A stretch of DNA of 64,000 nucleotides from Eledone cirrhosa. Its lineage: Eukaryota. Within the stretch, counting starts at the first letter, position 1. Every line of letters starts with the position of its first letter. The translations under genes were made by a program, and so were the position numbers. Positions 58,310 to 64,000 of the stretch are shown here, piece after piece. The stretch lies in assembly GCA_964016885.1 (NCBI GenBank), contig OZ024760.1:30566001-30630000 (forward strand), read 5' to 3'. Below the pieces are notes generated by a model, which worked only from the letters and a program-made list of their open reading frames with translations, did not search any database and had not been told where the DNA came from.

Positions 58310-61300
58310 ATGTAATGTAATGTAATGTAATGTAATGTAATGTAATGTAATGTAATGTAATGTAATGTAATGTAATGTAATGTATGGTAATGTGATGTAA
58401 TGTAATGTAATGTGATGTAATATAATGTGTAATGTAATGTAATGTAATGTAATGTGTCATGTAATGAAATGTAATGTGTAATGTAATGTAATGTAATGTA
58501 ATGTGTAATGTAAGGTAACGTAATGTAATGTAATGTAATGTGTAATGTAATGTAATGTAAAGTAATGTGTAATGTAATGTAATGTAATGTAATGTAATGT
58601 GTAATGTAATGTAATGTAACGTAATGTAATGTAATGTAATGTGTAATGTAATGTAATGTAATGTAATGTAATGTAATGTAATGTAATGTGTAATGCAATG
58701 TAATGTAATGTAATGTAACGTAATGTAATGTAATGTAATGTAATGTAATGTAATGTAATGTGTAATGTAATGTAATGTAATGTAATGTAATGTAATGTGT
58801 AATGTAATGTAATGTAATGTAATGTGTAATGTAATGTAATGTAATGTAATGTGTAATGTCATGTAATGTAATGTAATGTGTAATGTAATGTAATGTAATG
58901 TCATGTAATGTAATGTGTAATGTAAGGTAATGTAATGTAATGCAATGTAATGTAATGTGTAATGTAATGTAATGTAATGTAATCTAATGTAATGTAATGT
59001 ATTGTAATGTAATGTGTAATGTAATGTAATGTAATGTAATGTAATGTAATGTAATGTAGTGTAATGTAATGTGTAATGTAATGTGTAATGTAATGTAATG
59101 TAATGTAATATAATCTAATGTAATGTAATCTAATGTGTAAAGTAATGTAATGTAATATAATGTAATGAGTAATGTAATGTAATGTAATGTAATGTAATGT
59201 AATGTAATGTAATGTGTAACATAACGTAATGTAATGTAATGTAATGTAATGTAATGTGTAATGTGTAATGTGTAATGTAATGTAATGTAATGTAATGTAA
59301 TGTGTAATGTAATGTAATGTAACGTAATGTAATGTAATGTAATGTAATGTGTAATGTAATGTAATGTAATGTAATATAATGTAAAGTGTAACGTATTGTA
59401 ATGTAATGTAATGTGTAATGTAATGTAATGTAATGTAATGTAATGTAATATAATGTAATGTAATGTAATGTAATGTAATGTAATGTAGTGTAATATAATG
59501 TAATATAATGTAATGTGTAATGTAATGTAATGTAATGTAATGTGTAATGTAATGTAATGTAATGTAATGTAATGTAATGTGTAATGTAATGTAATGTAAT
59601 GTAATGTAATGTAATGTAATGTAATGTAATGTAATGTAATGTAATGTAATGTAATGTAATGTAATGTAATGTAATGTATGGTAATGTAATGTAATGTAAT
59701 GTAATGTAATGTAATGTAATGTATGGTAATGTAATGTAATGTAATGTAATGTGTAATGGAATGTAATGTAATGTAATGTAATGTATTGTAATGTAATGTA
59801 ATGTGTAATGTAATGTAATGTAATGTAATGTAATGTAATGTAATGTAATGTAATGTAATGTAATGTAATGTAATGTAATGTATGGTAATGTAATGTAATG
59901 TGTAATGTAAGGTAACGTAATGTAATGTAATGTGTAATGTAATGTAATGTAATGTGTAATTTAATGTAATGTAATGTAATGTAATGTAATGTAATGTGTA
60001 ATGTAATGTGTAATATAATTTAATGTAATGTAATGTAATATAATGTAATGTGTAATGTAATGTGTAACGTAATGTAATGTAACGTGATGTAATGTACTGT
60101 GTAATGTAATGTAATGTAATGTAATGTACAGTAATGTAATGTGTAATGTAATGTAATGTATAATGTAATGTAATGTAATGTAATGTAATGTGTAACGTAA
60201 TGTGTAACGTAATGTAATGTAATGTAATGTAATGTAATTTAATGTAATGTGTAATGTGTAACGTGTAATGTAATGTAATGTAATGTAATGTAATGTAATG
60301 TGTAATGTAATGTAATGTAATGTAATGTAATGTAATGTAATGTGTAATGTGTAACGTGTAATGTAATGTAATGTAATGTAATGTAATGTAATGTAATGTA
60401 ATGTGTAATGTAATGTAATGTAATGTGAAATGTAATGTAATGTAATGTAATGTAATGTGTAATGTAATGTAATGTAATGTGTAATGTAATGTAATGTAAT
60501 GTAATGTAATGTGTAATGTAATGTAATGTAATGTAATGTGTAATGTAATGTAATGTAATGTAATGTAATATAATGTAATGTAATGTGTAATGTAATGTAA
60601 TGTAATGTGTAATGTAATGTAATGTAATGTAATGTGTAATGTAATGTAATGTAATGTAATGTCATGTCATGTAATGTAATGTAATGCGTAATGTAATGTA
60701 ATGTAATGTAATATGTAATGTAAGGTAACGTAATGTAATGTAATGTAATGTAATGTGTAATGTAATGTAATGTAATGTAATGTGTAATTTAATGTAATGT
60801 AATGAAATGTAATGTAATGTAATGTAATGTGTAATGTGTAATGTAATGTAATGTAATGTAATGTGTAATGTAATGTAATGTAATGTAATGTAATGTAATG
60901 TAATGTAATGTAATGTATGGTAATGTAATGTAATGTAATGTGTAATGTAATGTAATGTAATGTAATGTAATGTAATGTAATGTAATGTAAGTAATGTACT
61001 GTGTAATATCATGTAATGTAATATGAAGTGTAATGTAATGTAATGTAATGTAATGTAATGTAATGTGTAATGTGTAATGTAATGTAATGTAATGTAATAT
61101 AATGTAATGCAATGTAATGTAATGTGTAAAGTAATGTAATGTAATATAATGTAACGTGTAATGTAATGTAATGTAATGTAATGTAATGTAATGTGTAATG
61201 TAATGTAATGTGTAATGTAATGTAATGTACTGTGTAATGTCATGTAATGTAATATGAAGTGTAATGTAATGTAATGTAATGTAATGTAACGTGAATATGT

Positions 61301-64000
61301 AACGTAATGTAATGTAATCTAACGTGTAATGTAATGTAATGTAATGTAATGTAATGTAATGTAATGTAATGTAATGTAATGTAATGTCTAGTGTAATGTA
61401 ACGTAATGTAATGTAATGTGTAATGTAATGTAATGTAATGTAATGTGTAATGTAATGTGTAATGTAATGTAATGTAATGTAATGTAATGTAATGTGTAAT
61501 GTAATGTGTAATGTAATGTAATGTAACGTAATGTAATGTAATGTAACGTAATGTAATGTAACGTAATGTAATGTAATGTGTAATATAATGTAATGTAATG
61601 TAATGTAATGTAATGTGTAATGTAATGTAATGTAATGTGTAATGTAATGTAATGTATAATGTAATGTAATGTAATGTAACGTAACGTAACGTAATGTAAT
61701 GTAATGTAATGTAATGTAATGTGTAATGTAATGTAATGTGATGTAATGTGTAATGTAATGTAATGTAATGTAATGTAATGTAATGTGTAATGTAATGTAA
61801 TGTAATGTAATGTAATGTAATGTAATATAATGTGTAATGTAATGTAATGTAATGTAATGTGTCATGTAATGTAATGTAATGTGTAATGTAATGTAATGTA
61901 ATGTAATGTGTAATGTAAGGTAACGTAATGTAATGTAATGTAATGTGTAATGTAATGTAATGTGTAATGTAATGTAATGTAATGTAATGTAATGTAATGT
62001 GTAATGTAATGTAATGTAATGTAATGTAACGTAATGTAATGTAATGTAATGTAATGTAATGTAATGTAATGTAATGTGTAATGTAATGTAATGTAATGTA
62101 ATGTAATGTGTAATGTAATGTGTAATGTAATGTAATGTAATGTAATGTAATGTGTAATGTAATGTAATGTAATGTAATGTAATGTAATGTAATGTGTAAT
62201 GTAATGTAATGTAATGTAATGTGTAATGTAATGTAATGTAATGTAATGTAATGTGTAATGTAATGTAATGTAATGTAATGTGTAATGTCATGTAATGTAA
62301 TGTAATGTGTAATGTAATGTAATGTAATGTCATGTAATGTAATGTGTAATGTAAGGTAATGTAATGTAATGCAATGTAATGTAATGTGTAATGTAATGTA
62401 ATGTAATGTAATGTATTGTAATGTGTAATGTAATGTAATGTAATGTAATGTAATATAATGTAATGTAATGTGTAATGTAATGTAATGTAATGTAATGTGT
62501 AATGTAATGTAATGTAATGTAATGTAACGTAATGTAATGTAATGTAGTGTAATGTAATGTGTAATGTAATGTGTAATGTAATGTAATGTAATGTAATATA
62601 ATCTAATGTAATGTAATCTAATGTGTAAAGTAATGTAATGTAATATAATGTAATGAGTAATGTAATGTAATGTAATGTAATGTAATGTGTAACGTAACGT
62701 AATGTAATGTAATGTAATGTAATGTAATGTGTAATGTGTAATGTGTAATGTAATGTAATGTAATGTAATGTAATGTAATGTGTAATGTAATGTAATGTAA
62801 CGTAATGTAATGTAATGTAATGTAATGTGTAATGTAATGTAATGTAATGTAATATAATGTAAAGTGTAACGTAATGTAATGTAATGTAATGTGTAATGTA
62901 ATGTAATGTAATGTAATGTAATATAATGTAATGTAATGTAATGTAATGTAATGTAATGTAGTGTAATATAATGTAATATAATGTAATGTGTAATGTAATG
63001 TAATGTAATGTGTAATGTAATGTAATGTAATGTAATGTAATGTGTAATGTCATGTAATGTAATGTAATTGAATGTAATGTAATGTGTAATGTAAGGTAAC
63101 GTAATGTAATGTAATGTAATGTAATGTGTAATGTAATGTAATGTAATGTGTAATTTAATGTAATGTAATGTAATGTAATGTAATGTAATGTGTAATGTAA
63201 TGTAATGTAATGTAATGTAATGTGTAATGTAATGTAATGTAATGTAATGTAATGTAATGTAATGTATGGTAATGTAATGTAATGTAATGTAATGTGTAAT
63301 GGAATGTAATGTAATGTAATGTAATGTAATATAATGTGTAATGTAATGTAATGTAATGTAATGTAATGTAATGTAATGTGTAATGTAATGTAATGTAATG
63401 TAATATAATATAATATAATATAATATAATATAATATAATATAATATAACATAATATAATATGTAATGTAATGTAATGTAATGTAATGTAATGTAATGTGT
63501 AATGTAATGTAATGTAATGTAATGTAATGTAATGTAATGTAATGTAATGTGTAATGTAATGTAATGTAACGTAATGTAATGTAATGTAATGTAATGTGTA
63601 ATGTAATGTAATGTAATGTAATGTAATGTAATGTCTAATGTAATGTATGTAATGTAATGTAATGTAATGTGTAATGTAATGTAATGTAATGTAATGTAAT
63701 GTGTAATGTAATGTGTAATATAATTTAATGTAATGTAATGTAATGTAATGTAATGTAATGTGTAATGTAATGTGTAACGTAATGTAATGTAACGTAATGT
63801 AATGTACTGTGTAATGTAATGTAATGTAATGTAATGTAATGTAATGTACAGTAATGTAATGTGTAATGTAATGTAATGTGTAATGTAATGTAATGTATAA
63901 TGTAATGTAATGTAATGTAATGTAATGTGTAACGTAATGTGTAACGTAATGTAATGTAATGTAATGTAATGTAATGTAATGTAATGTAAAGTGTAATGTG
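58310..64000. repeat. Dispersed copy of the block at about 32760-38470 (offset about 25.4-25.6 kb)
   Basis: TATGGTAATGTGATG 32828/58383; GTCATGTCAT..GCGT 35221/60661; GTGAATAT 35893/61291; AATTGAATG about 37658/63066; GTACAG 38339/63846. Confidence 0.85.

Larger units (their letters stand above)
13087..63461. repeat. Twenty dispersed (AATAT)n islands of 50-80 bp inside the array (the span given is first to last island)
   Basis: Islands at 13087-13156, 13601-13650, 14623-14697, 19524-19588, 20033-20082, 21035-21104, 21809-21868, 25169-25223, 25643-25692, 26660-26739, 27387-27446, 31231-31295, 39045-39094, 49017-49086, 49526-49575, 50467-50546, 51256-51315, 54173-54237, 57578-57647 and 63402-63461. 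Confidence 0.92.
1..64000. repeat. (AATGT)n / (ACATT)n pentanucleotide satellite array with variant monomers; extends past both window edges
   Basis: Directly visible in every line. The only interruptions are eight SINE-derived inserts (about 1.16 kb in total). No orientation switch seen. Confidence 0.99.

Noticed and set aside
164-63451. More than 100 minus-strand ORFs up to 942 aa encoding (HYITL)n
   Set aside because: (CATTA)n contains no stop codon in any frame, so long overlapping ORFs in all three minus frames are automatic. Frames shift freely between paralogous blocks, and there is no unique coding sequence.
1-64000. Telomeric repeat, human HSat2/3 (AATGG)n or Drosophila AATAT/AATAACATAG satellites
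   Set aside because: The unit is AATGT, with no TTAGG or TTAGGG G-runs. AATGG and AATAT occur only as minor variants, and AATAACATAG was not seen.

Overview
The window is a single uninterrupted eukaryotic simple-sequence satellite, (AATGT)n on + and (ACATT)n on -, in one orientation from end to end. It is not a pure microsatellite. Diagnostic variants (GT-insertion heptamer AATGTGT, AACGT, AATAT, TTTCATTT, GTCTAG, AACATAACG, TATGG and others) recur in a fixed order and define nested higher-order repeats of about 1.2-1.65 kb, 1422 bp, 5.6 kb and 6.4 kb, plus dispersed multi-kb copies. The only non-satellite DNA is a 185-bp tRNA-derived SINE-like element on the - strand (5 near-identical full copies with A and B boxes) and a 78-bp internal fragment of it (3 identical copies). 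Each was inserted once and then multiplied with the array. From memory the SINE resembles octopus tRNA-derived SINEs; this is unverified. No protein-coding gene is supported: all listed ORFs are the stop-free (HYITL)n reading of (CATTA)n. The most interesting lead is a hypothesis: the embedded Pol III promoters point into a satellite strand on which I found no T4 terminator, so they could drive long (CAUUA)n satellite RNAs.
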